Origin: Octopus vulgaris
Taxonomy: Eukaryota
Direction of reading: 5' to 3'
NCBI GenBank assembly: GCA_951406725.2
Contig: OX597822.1
Coordinates: 105,338,001 to 105,402,000, forward strand
DNA: 64,000 nucleotides
In this document: positions 28,676 through 44,255 of the stretch, one piece after another
Layout of the letters: each line of letters begins with the position of its first letter
How positions within the stretch are numbered: the first letter of the stretch is position 1
Notes under the pieces: generated by a model
What the model saw: the letters and a program-made list of their open reading frames with translations, nothing else
What the model was told of the DNA's origin: nothing
The model's database searches: none
Made by a program: the position numbers and the translations under genes

Positions 28676-29073
28676 GGATCTTTTCGGTTTGAACGGCAGA
28701 TTTTTCAAGCGGTGTCATATGAAATTGTTACCCACAATTTTGACCCTAATATTGATCTATTGCATTTCAATCTGTTTTAGGGTTAGGGTTAGTTAGGGTT
28801 AGGGGTGGGGGGAAGGCTATCTTTTTTTCTTCAGAAATGTAAATAAACCCAATCTGTTTCTTAAACGAGGGACATATTCATACGGCATTGATTGGTTGAA
28901 ATTGCAGAAATCGAAGAAAAAACACTACAAATATCTTACAAACTATAGAATTTTCTCAATAAAGCCAAGAGAAAAAATGTTTTATAAACACATTCTTCCA
29001 GTACACGAAGTTTAAAAGTTTTTAGTTACGTGGAAATTATTTTTAAAACCTGCCGTTCAAACCGAAAAGATCT
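28676..29073. mobile_element. Second copy of the TTAGGG-containing MITE
   Basis: Same TIRs and body as 6369-6779. TSD GTGACATT/GTAACATT (8 bp, one mismatch). Confidence 0.82.
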
Positions 29074-29439
29074 GTAACATTCACACTCAGTATATTGTCA
29101 TCGTTATTGAGCAAAGTGGGATGAGGAAGTTGTGAGCTTGGTGGATGAAAAATGCTATATGGTCAAAATGAATCGGTATGGGTTTATCTCCAAATAACCA
29201 CAGAAAATCAGTGGACGATTCTAGAGTCGTGCAGAACCGCAAACAATTAGATACGTGGTGTGGAGTATATGCTCCAGACGTTAAGCATGTGGCTGTTAAA
29301 AGCACTTGAGGGCTTTCTGTCCTGAAGAGCTATAGAAATAAAAGCTATAAAGAGAGAAAGGACCGCAGAGAGAAGTGTAAGCAGCAATGGCTGATCGTGT
29401 ACTTGAAATTATTGAACTAATACATTTACATTTTACATT

Positions 29440-29840
29440 TTTACTTCTTTCAGTCATTTGACTGCGGCCATGCTGGAGCACCGCCTTTTGGTCGAGCAAA
29501 TCGACCCCGGGACTTATTCTTTGTAAACCCAGTACTTATTCTATCGGTCTCTTTGCCGAACCGCTAAGTGACGGGGACGTAAACACACCAGCATCGGTTG
29601 TCAACCAATGCTAGGGGGACAAACACAGACACACGAACACACACATACACATATATATATATATATACATATATACGACAGGCTTCTTTCAGTTTCCATC
29701 TACCAAATTCACTCACAAGGCATTGGTCGGCCCGGGGCTATAGCAGAAGACACTTGCCCAAGGTGCCACGCAGTGGGACTGAACCCGGAACCATGTGGTT
29801 GGTTAGCAAGCTACTTACCACACAGCCACTCCTGCACCTA
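29440..29840 (-). mobile_element. SINE B
   Basis: Full-length match. Confidence 0.9.
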
Positions 29841-30132
29841 TATGATAAACATAATGTAAACATGTAACATACACGCAACCGTAATAATAAACCAGTGAAA
29901 AACCTTTCAAATTTTGAAATATTGGTTTTAATAACACTTAGTTAAGAATGGGTTAACACAATATCAAATTCTGTTTTCATAAACTTTGTGATAAACCAGT
30001 AAAAATATTTCACAACTATCGAAAATTAAAATATTTACTGAGTAAAGTTTTATATAAATTTTAAATGATCTCTAATGGCCATCAAATGAACACTAAATTA
30101 TCAAATAATTGAATTAAAACTTCCATGTATAC

Positions 30133-30190
<58 letters not shown>

Positions 30191-30597
30191 CGTTTGATGT
30201 GATAAATTAATTTATAGCTTGACATGAACTTTGATGATTCACTCTAATGTTTGCAATCAATTATTTCTGTGAAATCTTCACATTTCATCATGTATGATAG
30301 CTTGGCCCAATTTAAAATTCAAACAGTTTTTCATGTGATAAGAGTTCAAAAATATCATTTTACAACATTTTTCAAATTTAGATTTCGATCATAAAATTTG
30401 AAACTAAATACGGGTATTTCACTACAATGAATTAACGAGTTGATTTTATTGAAACACAGGAATTTAGTGTTCGTCATAAAAAAATTAAATATACGAATTA
30501 AAAATATAAAATATAAAATAGATTTCTAAATTTATGCAAACATTTCAATCCCGATTATACAAGCAGAAATCCAGTTACACACACACACACACGCAGG

Positions 30598-30638
<41 letters not shown>

Positions 30639-30718
30639 GCACGCACATATACACGCACGCACACACGCATACACACACACTCGTGCGCGCGCACACATTC
30701 ATACACACACACACGCAC

Positions 30719-30751
<33 letters not shown>

Positions 30752-30926
30752 ATTATGCCAAGGACCTATAATCCTTTAAAGAACGTTTGCATCGGAGTTC
30801 TCCGGTTTTTACCTGTGTTCAGTGTTCAGAAATTGATTTTAATATCTTTGAATAAACTAATGTCTATGTCAATTTCTCCATTTTCTTATTTCTAGTTTAC
30901 ACACACACACACAGACACACATACAT

Positions 30927-30979
<53 letters not shown>

Positions 30980-30980
<1 letters not shown>

Positions 30981-31645
30981 TATCAGTATCATGAAAACGA
31001 CTGTCCCGGGCATTCTCCTTCAGGTTGGAGCACAACAAGATGTCATAGGGAGCAAGGACTGAACTGTATCGAGGGTGAGGGACAGTTTTGGTGCCCAACT
31101 CTGTGAAGCACTTGGTTATCAGGATGGAATTCTGGACTGCTGCATTATTCTAGTGCAGGCGCTCTGGACCTTTGTGACGAAAACTCCCACAAAACCTCCA
31201 CAAAGTACCCCTTGTCGGATACAGATGATGCCCTTCTTGTCGAAAAAGTCGGATTATCGTGATCTTCCCAGTGAGCTTGCGTTGCTTGGCCTTTTGTGCC
31301 AGCATGAAACAAGTACTCGGTTCATTCAAATTACTCCATTAGCAGTGTGAGGCATTTTATTAGCTTCTGTAGCATTTCCCCCACCCAGTTTATTGCATAC
31401 TGAGGTTTCTAATTCTCTTCACGCCCCGACTGCGTTCAGCAAAATATCCAACTGTGAGAAGTCGTATTTAGCAGAATACGTCCAAAATGCTGTTACAGCC
31501 ATCCTCTTCAATCTGGAGTAACAAAATCTGAAAGGTTAGCTTATCAATTGCACAATAATGATATACTAACATTACAATTATTTAGGATAGTTATAACTAC
31601 ATCTGCCAAAAAAAGAGGGTCAAAACTTATCGAATGCATCTTGTA
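30980..31645 (-). pseudogene. Decayed mariner (DD34D-type) transposase fragment and terminus
   Basis: GTKTVPHPRYSSVLAPYDILLCSNLKENARDSRF resembles HPPYSPDLAPxDxxLFPKLKExLRGxRF. An HxNNAAVQNS motif lies upstream, and a TIR-like end with TA lies near 31645. Confidence 0.8.
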
Positions 31646-32922
31646 TGTTCTTGCAGAAAGAGCGTCATATAGATTTATAAAAGTAGGCGATACACATGTG
31701 TTAAATGTATTAGATAATACATGATAGAACCATTTGCATGTGTGGATTGGCAAGCCATGAAGTTGGAGATTTTCCCTCATGCAATGTAACTTTGTCAATG
31801 CAAGATGTGGCTACTTGATAGAAAACACAGCGAGCGGTTGTAATTAATAAAGAACTGGTTTTGTAATGCAGTTCATTGGGGAAACTGCATTATAGAATTA
31901 GAAAAGAATTAGAAAGAAAATGGTAACTGTGAGTTGGCAAAATAAAATGCCAATAGAGGTTTCAGCAGAGAATCTGGAATGACTGCTAAAGCGGCTGATA
32001 CTTTATCCGTCATAAAAGTTTTCAGAAATATTTCAATCGTGTTCAGAATTGCGATATGAATAGTTGCCATTTCACTCGCTTAAATGCGATAAACACTAAT
32101 TGACTATTCAAAAACTTCTCGCTTGGTTTTATTGTTCTATATTTTCGGAGAAGGAAGAATGAATGTGATATGGTGTGTATACCATCGATCGAAAAAATAT
32201 TGATCTTTATAACAAATGACATGCTTTAAAGAATCGCCACTTAGTAGTCTGTAATTTTTAGTCTTTTTCTAGTTCTTTGTCACTTATGCGTGCATCTCCA
32301 GGCATTTCTATATCCGGGCCTCGATTGGGGAGTCACAATGGATATATGTAGACCCTTCTATAACTAACAAAATTGAGACCAGGTCACTTGCAGACCACAA
32401 AAATATTCTAAGCAGAGATGGTGTAAACGAAGTTTTGGCATATCATTCTCACTTATATATTCATATTTTATTAAATTATAAATGGAAAGTATACAACTGG
32501 TAAAAACTTCCAAATACGACATTTATTCTTACTTGTTTTCACTTCCTAATCATTTTGCTTGCAACTCTAAAGTGCTAAATTCCAGATAAATATAAAAAAC
32601 GATTGTGTCCTGGAAGGTATTTTGCTTATGTAAACAAAGTTGGGAAGTTTATCTAAAGAAAGATGGGCGCTCCACACTAGTAGCGCATCAAAAAACTAAT
32701 ATGGCCAGGGATTGCTCTGAACTGACTCGGAGTATTTACATTTATTTATCTACTGTGAGAATTTTTTTCCCCCTGACAAAATTCAGTGAACGACTTTCAT
32801 ACACGTTTGTATGAGCCTCTATCATATTTGAAACTGGTAACAAGTATGTGTTTGTACTCATCACTGCCTAGCGCGGTCACTCCGCATTTTATTTACTGCG
32901 AGCCGCTGAATAGTAAAAACAG

Positions 32923-33302
32923 CGTGGAGGCGCAATGGCCCAGTGGTTAGGGCAGCGGACTCGCGGTCATAGGATCGCGGTTTCGATTCCCAGACCGGGC
33001 GTTGTGAGTGTTTATTGAGCGAAAACACCTAAAAAAGCTCCACGAGGCTCCGGTAGGGGATGGTGGTGATCCCTGCTGTACTCTTTCACCACAACTTTCT
33101 CTCACTCTTACTTCCTGTTTCTGTTGTACCTGTATTTCAAGGGGCCGGCCTTGTCACTCTCTGTGTCACGCTGAATATCCCCGAGAACTACGTTAAGGGT
33201 GCACGTGTCTGTGGAGTGCTCAGCCACTTACACGTTAATTTCACGAGCAGGCTCTTCCGTTGATTCGGATCAACCGGAACCCTCATCGTCGTAACCGATC
33301 CC
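32923..33302 (+). mobile_element. tRNA-derived SINE family A1, full length
   Basis: tRNA-like head with A box TGGCCCAGTGG and B box GGTTTCGATTCC. TSD AGTAAAAACAG. Possibly one of the tRNA-Arg-derived octopus OR SINEs (unchecked). Confidence 0.9.
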
Positions 33303-33337
33303 AGTAAAAACAGTCATCGAACGATGACGGGAATACC

Positions 33338-33496
33338 TGTTTCTTTATTACCCACAAGGAGCCAAACATAGAGGGGGACAAACAAGGACAGACATAGGTA
33401 TTAAGTCGATTAACATCGACGCCAGTGAGTAACTGGTACTTAATTTAACGACCCCGAAAGGATGAAAGGCAAAGTCGACCTCGGCGGAATTTGACC
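33338..33496 (-). mobile_element. SINE C, 5'-truncated
   Basis: Only the 3' two-thirds is present. Confidence 0.85.
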
Positions 33497-35069
33497 TTGA
33501 GAGTGATATGTTCCTCGTATCAGTTCATAGCGTCTGCCTTTCCGGGCTTTGTTGCTGAGGAGAAGAGAACCACTCCGAAATGCATGCATCCAAGAGTCTG
33601 ATTAGGGAGCTCTGTAAACTCACTCTTTGCATTTACACCTAATTTTACTACAGCAAGAAATTTTCTCCATGGCAAATTACAGTGAATGGCTCTTTTACCG
33701 GTTCGAATATACCTCAAGCATTTTTGAATTGGTAACAAGTTTGAAAATATAATTATATACCTGTATGTCACATGTCGTCGTTCGATTGATTGCCAGCATC
33801 CTATAGGACTACTCAATCACAGCTGACCTATGATTATAGAGCAACAAAAACAACAGCCACGTCAGTAGCAAGTGAATGGCGAATTAATGGATTATAGCTA
33901 TCGTGTTAAGCTTAATCTATGGGGTTTATTCAAAGAGATTGAGATACAAAGTTTTCTCTTACCATTTATTGTCTCTAAATAATTTCGATTTGGGGCTTAG
34001 TGATTTCTAAGAGTTCTATTTCCTTTCTAAATAAAACAAACCATTCCTCTTCCATTATATTTCAAAATATTCTTTCATGTTCTCGTTCTTCGGATTTTTC
34101 ATTCTTTCGTTGCTTCTTGTTTCTTTTTCGCTATTATTTCTTGTTTACCTGTTTCTGTTTTTAATTTTACTTTTAATCTTTCATACTCTTCCTAATGCAT
34201 GCACAAACCCTCTCCTCTCATTTACACTTTTTTATTCCTATTTCCTTCACAATAATTACAACTTTATCTTTTCTGTCATCTATCGAGCATATGTATATCC
34301 GTGGAAGCGAAAAATAATTCTTCGGAACAGACACGATAAGTGTGAGGCAAACAAAGCAAAAACACCAACAAAACATACCTCCTGAATCTATAAACCAAAA
34401 ACGATATATTTTACTTAGTCGAACGCAGTAAGTTATCTTAAGAAAATTACTAAGATACAACAAAGATAAGAGCAAGTCATAACAACGCTAAAACCAAAGC
34501 GGTTTTCACGAATAATGTTTGTCTCATAAACATCGGCATCGCGTTAATAATATGGGAGAATGAGATATAATAATATCGGCAAATAACTAAATGAGTTGTT
34601 CAATAAAAAATGATCAGAGAATATTGTTTCAATTACCGACAATGGTGTATAACATAATTTACGATGTTTTCATTGATTTATATTACGCCTCTTACATATT
34701 GATATATTTTGGGGGGAAAACTAGGACGCTATGTACGTGTGGTTTTGTTACGATGTGCTTACATACATAGACAAGCATAAATATACCAATATAAGTGCAC
34801 ACATACATGTACGAACAAACACACACACATACACACACATACACATACACACATATACATACACGCATGCGCACATACACACATACACGCACACTCAGAT
34901 GTGTGTGTACGGAGGAAGTGAGTGGGGGCTGAGAAAATATAAATGAACGGAAAATAAAGGGTGAAATATAGACTGAGAGAGAGGTAGGTACATACATACA
35001 TAATACATACATACAGATATATATATATATGTATTTACACACACGCACACACACACATATATATATACG

Positions 35070-35128
<59 letters not shown>

Positions 35129-35139
35129 GCATTAATGTG

Positions 35140-35565
<426 letters not shown>

Positions 35566-36324
35566 CATTGCGCAGTCGATAATCTCATTTTATCAAAGAT
35601 TTTTGCTGCCAGAAATAGATGCTAGGAATGTATCAGAGGACTGAAGTCAAGAAGGAAAGTGCCTAATGTTATTATATCTCAAAAACATGGAGCGTAAAAA
35701 CAAAACAACAAAACATAGATCACTGGTGGAACTAAACAGCATCAAGAGAGTTTTGCTGGCAAACTGATTTGTTGAATATATGTAGAAATTACTAAACGGG
35801 AACGAAAATCAATGTTAGACCTTTGCTACTATTGGAACATAAGGAAGTTGAGGGGCATTTGTGCTTTCAAATTATTTTGTTTATATGACGGCAATTTTCT
35901 TGGCAGAGAATAAAATAAACAGAATAAGCAGAGGAGAAATCAACAAATATATGGGCTTAAGAAAACGAAATCCGATAATCTAATAAGCTACATTTGCTGA
36001 AAGGCTGCGCAGGGTGAAGGCGTGTATGCGAGAAACTTGCCTCACAAAAGCATGCTTCTGAGTTCGTTCCTGTTATGTAACGTATTACGCAAGTGTTTTA
36101 TATTTTACGACAACCTGGGTTCCAAACAAGCATTGTGAGGCAAAGTGAGTAGACAGAAGTTCTTTGAAAGACCGTCTGATGAACTGTAGTTGATACTTCT
36201 TGTTATTTTCCGAAATTTTACCCAATCTTGGAGGATACAAGAAATTCTTAGCCGCATACACTTTTTCTGGTTAAGATATTTAGTTAAAAAAAGGTGAAAT
36301 TATATGTATGTAGGTTTCTTTACG

Positions 36325-36790
36325 GCTGAGGTAGACTGACCATTTTGTAGAGATGGAGAATGAGCGCATCCCTAAGCAGGCTTTATAGAGTCAGCTGTTT
36401 GTCAGGAAGTGCAAAGCAATAACAAAAAGTTACAAAAAAAATTACTACAAGCCAGTCATGGGGAGTTGAATATACCATGTAAAAATGACAGATGAATATG
36501 ACGAAAATGATTTTGTCTGGGGTAAAAGATTTTGAAGAAAACAAACAGAAGTATGCATAATCGAAGAGAACCACGGGAAAAAAACACCTTGCGAAATACA
36601 GAATTGCTGTCATCTTTCTAACTTGACTTTCTAACGCAGACACAACTTCACATCTCAGAACACATCTTCGTACAGTTTGGCCCAAATGACACAAACATTT
36701 CAGCTGACAGGTTCATATGTTGTACGTGTATTAAGACATGTAAGCCCCGCGCTGGGCTAAAGAGGCATTTCAATAGCCATAAATATAAGA
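36325..36790 (+). pseudogene. RTE-clade LINE ORF C-terminal fragment
   Basis: DHFVEMENERIPKQAL*SQL resembles GHVVRMxDERIPKQLLYGEL. Also GVKDFEEN and a terminal C2H2-like CCTCIKTCKPRAGLKRH. Confidence 0.72.
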
Positions 36791-37019
36791 CAAACAACAT
36801 CGTGCGTTTTGAAGTGAAAAATGTTTGTGCAGTTTGTAATGCAAATTTCAATCATGTCCCGGTTCCTTTATGCACGGAAAGAGCACATCAATCAAGAAGT
36901 GGTCAAGCTTTGAACATGGACATACTACATCTCTCTCTCTCTCACTCTCTCTCTCTCTCTCATTCACTCTCTCTCGCTCACTCTCTCTTTCAATATATTG
37001 TATATAGATATATATGTAA

Positions 37020-37057
<38 letters not shown>

Positions 37058-37533
37058 ATAATAAATATTAGGGAATAAATCCAAATTTACAGGGAAAAAT
37101 CAGATTTAGGATTGAATCCAATTTTATAGTAAAATATAATATAATATTAATTAGAGACAAAACCACTATTATGCAAATCAAACAAAGAAAGACTTAATCC
37201 AATACATAAAAAATTTTATATATATTTCTGGTTCTGCTTTAAATAATCTTTACCGTCATCAATTGAATATATCAAGGGTACAACCAGAAATCCTTGGATC
37301 TTGAATTATTCAATAATTTTTGCTTGTGTGTTTTGTCCCTCCGCTTTACCTCATGGTGCGATATGAACATTTAACGTGGTTTTATAGTCAGAGTTTCGAC
37401 TGCTATTTCGGCATGTTGGTGTCTTTTAGACACCCTCATTTTTAATTGTTAAAATTTTTTTACCTTTGTAAGGTATTTCTTTCATGCTGCCCACTTGATA
37501 ATTTCGACACTTAAATATCGATATTATCCTCAT

Positions 37534-37585
<52 letters not shown>

Positions 37586-37685
37586 TGTTAGGGAATAAAA
37601 ATTCCAGCATCACAGGAGTTCAGATTATTCTCAATGAGAAATATATATATTTTCATTTAGAGATAGTAGGCCTACTATTTCTAAA

Positions 37686-37750
<65 letters not shown>

Positions 37751-38107
37751 GTGTGTGTGACACAGTATATAACTAAGCTATAACTTGCATACGAGGCACA
37801 GTTCATCACATGAAGTTCAGTACAGTTTCATTGAAACTAATTTTTCTCACTATATATGAGACAACTCGAGGACATTTGCATAAAATTACTTGTTGCGAAG
37901 TTGATACCGTGATCGTATAGTTGCGAAGCTATCATATTAACAATTCTGCCAAAGTAGGCTTGCTAACATGGAACATGAACGTTAAAAGATGATGGTAATG
38001 TATACATATGTACATACATACAAACTCACACAGATAGAGAGAGAGACAAACAGACAGAGAGGCACGCAGGCAGACAGAAAGACAGACAGGCAGGCAGACA
38101 GTCAGAC

Positions 38108-38145
<38 letters not shown>

Positions 38146-40612
38146 GTAGATAGATAGATAGATATGAATGTGTGCGTATGTGTATGTCTAAATAGATATA
38201 AAGAGAAAGACACCAGATATATTAAGAGTTATACGTCTCAAAGACACAAATTAACAGTGCATTCTAAATTCTAAATGTAGGGATTTGAACAGTTGATATT
38301 GAAGCTGGACAACTTCAAAATCTCCCCAAAAGCGTGTTATTTTATAGAGTTAACATAATTAAGTTTACTCGAAGGGAAAGAAAAGTGAAAAGAGCCGTAA
38401 TAATATTTACCAAACTTTATAACATAACTACATTTCTTTATAGAATATTTTCTGCTTTCGTTCATCAATTCTATGGGAGCCATCTTGTTGTGTCTTTACT
38501 TGACTCAGGGCAAAGGATGTAAATTAGAAAATTACGTGAAATTTGACATAAAAGAAATAATAGTATTATGAAAATCAGCTTGGGGATTTGAAAACAGATA
38601 TCATTTAGGGATATTTATAATTTAGATCATATAATAAAAGCAAGTTTGTTTCCCTCGAACCAGGAATATCAATCAGAAAACTTGTTTAAATTAACCAGTT
38701 ATTGGTTATTTTTCAAAATATATTTTAAACACAGAAAAATTTGTTGTCATGCACGAAAGTTTCGTACGAAATTCTTTGAATTATTTCTAAACCCCTCCAA
38801 GGGAATGTTGTGATCTAAAAACATTCTGAAACTTATTTTCTATAAATCATTTAGTTTTTTTTTTTTTTAATTTTCGTTTCTGTGATTTTTTTTTCCAACA
38901 TCTATACTTTTAAAAGTATTTGGATCCTTGAAGTATTAGGTTTCCGCTTGCTTTCTCTGTTTTACACATTGCTAAACAAGCGAAAATTGTTTATCGATTT
39001 TTAATTATATACTAAAATAAGTAAAACAAATATTTATTGTAAACTATTTTAGAGACTTATAGCTTTGATGAAATGGTGTAAATTTTTGAGTTACTGAAAC
39101 GGTATTACTTCAATGGAGGATCTAATAAATATTTTGAGAAGTGCTTTTCATCTTTTGATTTTTTTATTCTAGCTGATGTTTCTTGCAAGTAATTGTTGTT
39201 TCTTTGTGAAGTCAAAAGAGACGCATTCATCATTTTATTATTTATCAAATTCACAAGTAGAATGATAAATCTTTATCTGTCAGATATAGTTTTTTTTTTA
39301 AAGTTTATCGCAGATTATAATACAATTTAAATTTGAAAATATTAATGATAATTTACGAAATTTTAAAATAGGAAAAAATATAACAGCAACTACACCGTGA
39401 AGGGGCCATTCCAGTTATTGAATAATACACAAATCTGTTCAATTCAATTTAAATTTATTTAAATTTCATGAAGTACAAAAACTTTTTGCCACCTAACAAC
39501 TGATGTAGTTCTAACCCTTTGCACGCACGCGCTTAAATCAAGTCACACGTCAACTCTGAAGTTATTTCAACCAATGGGAAAAAACATTCAGAATAAACAA
39601 ACACACTTTGAATACTTTAGTTAATGATTTCATTTGAACAATTATAAGTTATGCCATAGATACCAAACACATAATGTCACAGGACTCTGTCGTTTAAATA
39701 AATATTTTCCAACATATATATAAGGCCAGTTTATTTAGAGCAATACGTAAGAAAAACATTATTCAGTATTCTGTATTGTTGCAGCATAAATTACCTGAAT
39801 AAAGCGTAAATAATTTTACTCTTATATGCCACTCTTTAAACTAGTCAATATTCCTGAGCCGAAGTGCCTAAACAAGTCTCTTACATCTCAATTACTTTCC
39901 TTATTACATCGTATTCAAAGCTGTCGAGTGCAACTACATTTTCTGATCTTCAAGACTGAAGAGGTTGAATATGACGCTGTCTATACTAACACTTACTGCG
40001 TTTGTGCTATAAAAGGCTCCTGCTTCAACCGACAAAGTCGTATTCACCTTATCAACTATTGATCTATTATTCTTATAGGACTTAATGCCTGTGGACTGAT
40101 TGAAGCGATTGTAAATAATGACTAACGTGAAACTATGAAATTACTTACATTATTAGTGACTTCCGATGCGAATGACAATAAAACAAGATCAAATAAGGAC
40201 CTAATAAAAAGGAACGATATATTGAATAATGCATTTGGTAATAAAATACGTCTAAAAATAAAGGTTAGTCACGGATTGAATACCTTTGATCATGGATCTA
40301 CTTGACCACTGCTAACTTTGGACTAACCAATATCACTTTCTTACATATTTCATTTATATTAGGCAGGCAGCCTTACAAGACCAGATTATAACTGGACAAA
40401 TAGAAATAATCAAGTTATCTTGAAATGGAAAACAGAGAGACAGTTTTTTTTCCACTGTACTCATTTTATTGAGTTATACTTCTCAGAAATCGTAAATTGT
40501 CGTATGAAATTCAGTTCATGCATGTTTTATATAAGTGTAAAATATAGGCACATAGTACGTTATTTAAAAGATCGTAACAATATACATGCATACATCGACA
40601 CCTACATATATA

Positions 40613-40897
40613 CTGTGATCACCGTGACCGACCAGGCTATCAGATGTTGCTACACATCGCATTGTTTTAGCCTTCAAATGAAGTCACCCCGCTGGCTAAG
40701 CGAGCAGGCCAACAGGAGAAAGAGTGAGAAAAAGTTGTGGTGAAAGAGTATAGCAGGGATCGCTACCACCCCCTGCTGGAGCCTCGTGGAGCATTAGGTG
40801 TTTTCGCTCAATAAACATACACAACGCCCGGTCTGGGAATCGAAACCGCGATCCTAAGACCACGAGTCCGCTGCCCTAACCACTGGGTCATTGAACC
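40613..40897 (-). mobile_element. SINE A2 (A head, different 3' tail)
   Basis: Shares the head and mid-body with A1. The tail reads ...GATGTGTAGCAACATCTGAT...GTCACGGTGATCAC. Confidence 0.85.
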
Positions 40898-40937
40898 TAC
40901 ATACATACCTACAAAAATACATATATGTGTGTTTGTG

Positions 40938-41000
<63 letters not shown>

Positions 41001-41658
41001 TAAAAAATATGGCGTTTTAACAGAGAACTATCAATTTCTTAACATTATGACCATATATACATGCCTACAATTGTTTCCATATCTACTCTCACTGAAATTA
41101 CAAATTTATAAAGTAAAATTGCATTATGAAAATTGATAAAATGTTAATAAATTGATAGTTCTCTGTTAAAACTCTCCATTTTCTTCTTTATAATATACTA
41201 AAATAAATTATAGCCCATTAGAAATCAAAGTGAAACAAACGTCTATGCATAAAAAATACCTGAACTCTATAATATAATTGATGTTGGTGGCTATCATGTA
41301 TTAAATAATAAACACTAATACAACCACAAAAGGCAAGTCTCCTGAAAGTTTCATCCATATATAGCATTAAACCGATGAAGCTTAATGTAAACACCCACTC
41401 AAAGAATTTTTATTGTCACAATAGCTTATATGTAAGTATGTATGTATGTATGTATGTATGTATGTATGTATGTATGTATGTATGTATAGATAGATAGATA
41501 TAGACATATATTTATATTTATATAGACAAATACATATAATTTTAGTAATATCGCTATTATGAAGTGAAGTAATGGGTTAATACAATAAGTGCTCAATAGG
41601 AAGTCATCTTTCTCATCTATATATATATACACACACACATATATATAAAGATAGATAG

Positions 41659-41703
<45 letters not shown>

Positions 41704-43566
41704 TACATATATACGTATACGTGTGTGGGTGTGTTTGTGTATGTATATATGTGCGTGCGTGCGTGTGAGTATACTGAGTAAGAGGTTGACTTAGTTTCTC
41801 GTGTGACTTAAATTCTCGTTCACGTGAAAGTATGTCTTTCAAGATGTACGTGTTGAATGCCACTGCAGTTCGTTTCTTTATTCACCCTTCTGAATATACA
41901 TACACACACACACACTCGTACACAGATACACACACGTGTGCGTGTGCGTATGTGCGTGAGTGAATACATCTTACACGCATAAATGAAAAAATGCTGTGAA
42001 TATTTCAACAAACTCTATGAAATACGTAGATAAAATCAAGATGGAGAGTTGAAAGTAAACAAGTATATCTAGCGCATTGTGTATTGTATAACGCAACAAT
42101 ATACCATCAAATATTGCAGTATTGATTCTTTGTCGAATCTAAATAGTGTAGAAGTAATATCAACTGCGATTTCCAGTGCTTCGGAATTAAGTCATTGCCA
42201 AACAAAGGAATTCTGCGATAAAAGTAAACATTACACGGTTCCACAGTATTATCCAGTCTGTAAACTCCCTCACAAGAAATATATATATATATATATAATA
42301 AAAAAATAAAGGAAGGATATATGAAGAGTTATCATTGGATTTTGTACTCATGTACTATATAATATCACCATCTCCACCTAAAAAAAAAATAATAATAATT
42401 GATCAATTGAAGAAATTCACAGACAGGAAGTCACGTACGCATTCACTGAAAAGTAATAAAGCAAATTGTTTTATTAAACTCCACTGAAGTAATTGATGGA
42501 ATATTGAATCTCTTACTACAAATTTATTCGTTGGAATCGTTGATATGAAAGAAAATTAATGCCACAAGAGGATAATAGGCAGTGTAATTAACCAAACCTC
42601 TAAACCAAGGCGTTACGAGATTACAAACAAAAGAAATAACTTCTAAGCAGTCGCTGCACGTGTAAACGTAACAACGAAAACTCTCAAAAATCTAATCCGA
42701 TAAACATACAAAATAATGGTGACATATCTAGTTCTACATACACCCAAACAAGTAGAACTGTCATACTTTGGAATGTCATTGGGCATTCCTTTGTTTGATC
42801 AAGGTTGATATGAAATGAAGACGGATGTAATGTGGTTTCTGTTCTGATTTCAAGTTAAGACGTCAAACCATGCAATCATTGCACTGAGGAAAATATGAAA
42901 ATGTTCGTTTCAAATTTTACATAAATTATGAATTGTCTGTTGATTTGAAGCAGACACGGAGGAGAGAGAGAGCATCTCATTGATGGGATGGCGAATGTTA
43001 AAGAAAGGACTTTTTCAGAGAAAACTTATTGATTCATTCATGGATTTATTAAGCAAACGATCGATTAGTTGGATGATAAATAACTAACCAATTGATTAGT
43101 AATAACGTGAAATTGAATTAGTACTTGTTTATTATTGGTGTAATGATCCTCCCAAGATACAAAATCTTTACTGTAGACACATCAGAAATCTTCCTCTTGA
43201 ATTTTAGACTTCACTCCAGTCTAATATGTATACAAAAATGCCGCTCGTGTTGAAAATATTGTTCTATACACACTTAGACATGCATTAGCGTAACATATAG
43301 AAATGTAATTTAAAGGATATTTTATCCAAAGTTCTCCTCTCACATCTAAGCCGTGAGATCTCATAAGAAAAGAAATTGACAGCTACATTTAGCCGATGCT
43401 TTAATTCTATAACTACACTATATCAGGTTGTTAGTCTGCTTCTCCTCTCTCAGTCAATAGAGATGGTATATCATATTATCTTTCCGAATTGCATATAGAC
43501 ATAGAATCTGAAAATATGACAATACATAGCAGGGAGAGGTGTGAGTTGATATACATATCAATTATA

Positions 43567-43926
43567 TCTTTTTACTTTTACTGGTTTCAAGTATTCGAGT
43601 GAAACCATGCTGGGATATCACTATTAGTTGAAGGCATTTAGTTGAAAGAATCAACCACAGGACTTATTTTTACAACCTAGCACTTATTCTATCGTATCTT
43701 TTTTACCGGACGGCTAAGTTGCGGGGGACATAAACAAGCCAACAATGACTGCCAGGGAGTAGTGTGGAACGCACACACGCGTATACACATGTGTATATAC
43801 GTGTATTCATATGCATATGTTTATATATATATATATATACATATATATATTTGTATATATATATATGTATATTTGTATATATATATATGTATATGTATAT
43901 TTGTATATATAGATTAGTATATATTT

Positions 43927-43969
<43 letters not shown>

Positions 43970-44080
43970 ATACATATATATGAGTGTGAGTGCCTGTGTA
44001 TGTATACATACCCATAAAATGGAAAGAGCCCATCGTGTATATACATACATATATTATATATATATATGTGTGTGTGTATG

Positions 44081-44131
<51 letters not shown>

Positions 44132-44255
44132 GTGAGACACACTTCTTTACAGTTTCTGTAAATTCACTCACGGTTACAGTGAGAGACACTTGCCAAGATG
44201 CCACACAGGGTGGGGACTGACCCCTGAACCATGTGGTTGGGAAGCAAATTCTCAC
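43567..44255 (-). mobile_element. Old SINE B with expanded internal microsatellite
   Basis: Diverged B head and tail around a TA/CA block of more than 300 bp. Confidence 0.7.

Noticed and set aside
32926-33000. tRNA-like sequence
   Set aside because: It is a SINE head with a body and TSD, and lacks a proper acceptor stem.
37383-37436. Minus-strand GAAACTCTGACT near a hairpin
   Set aside because: The core and cleavage triplet do not fit a hammerhead.
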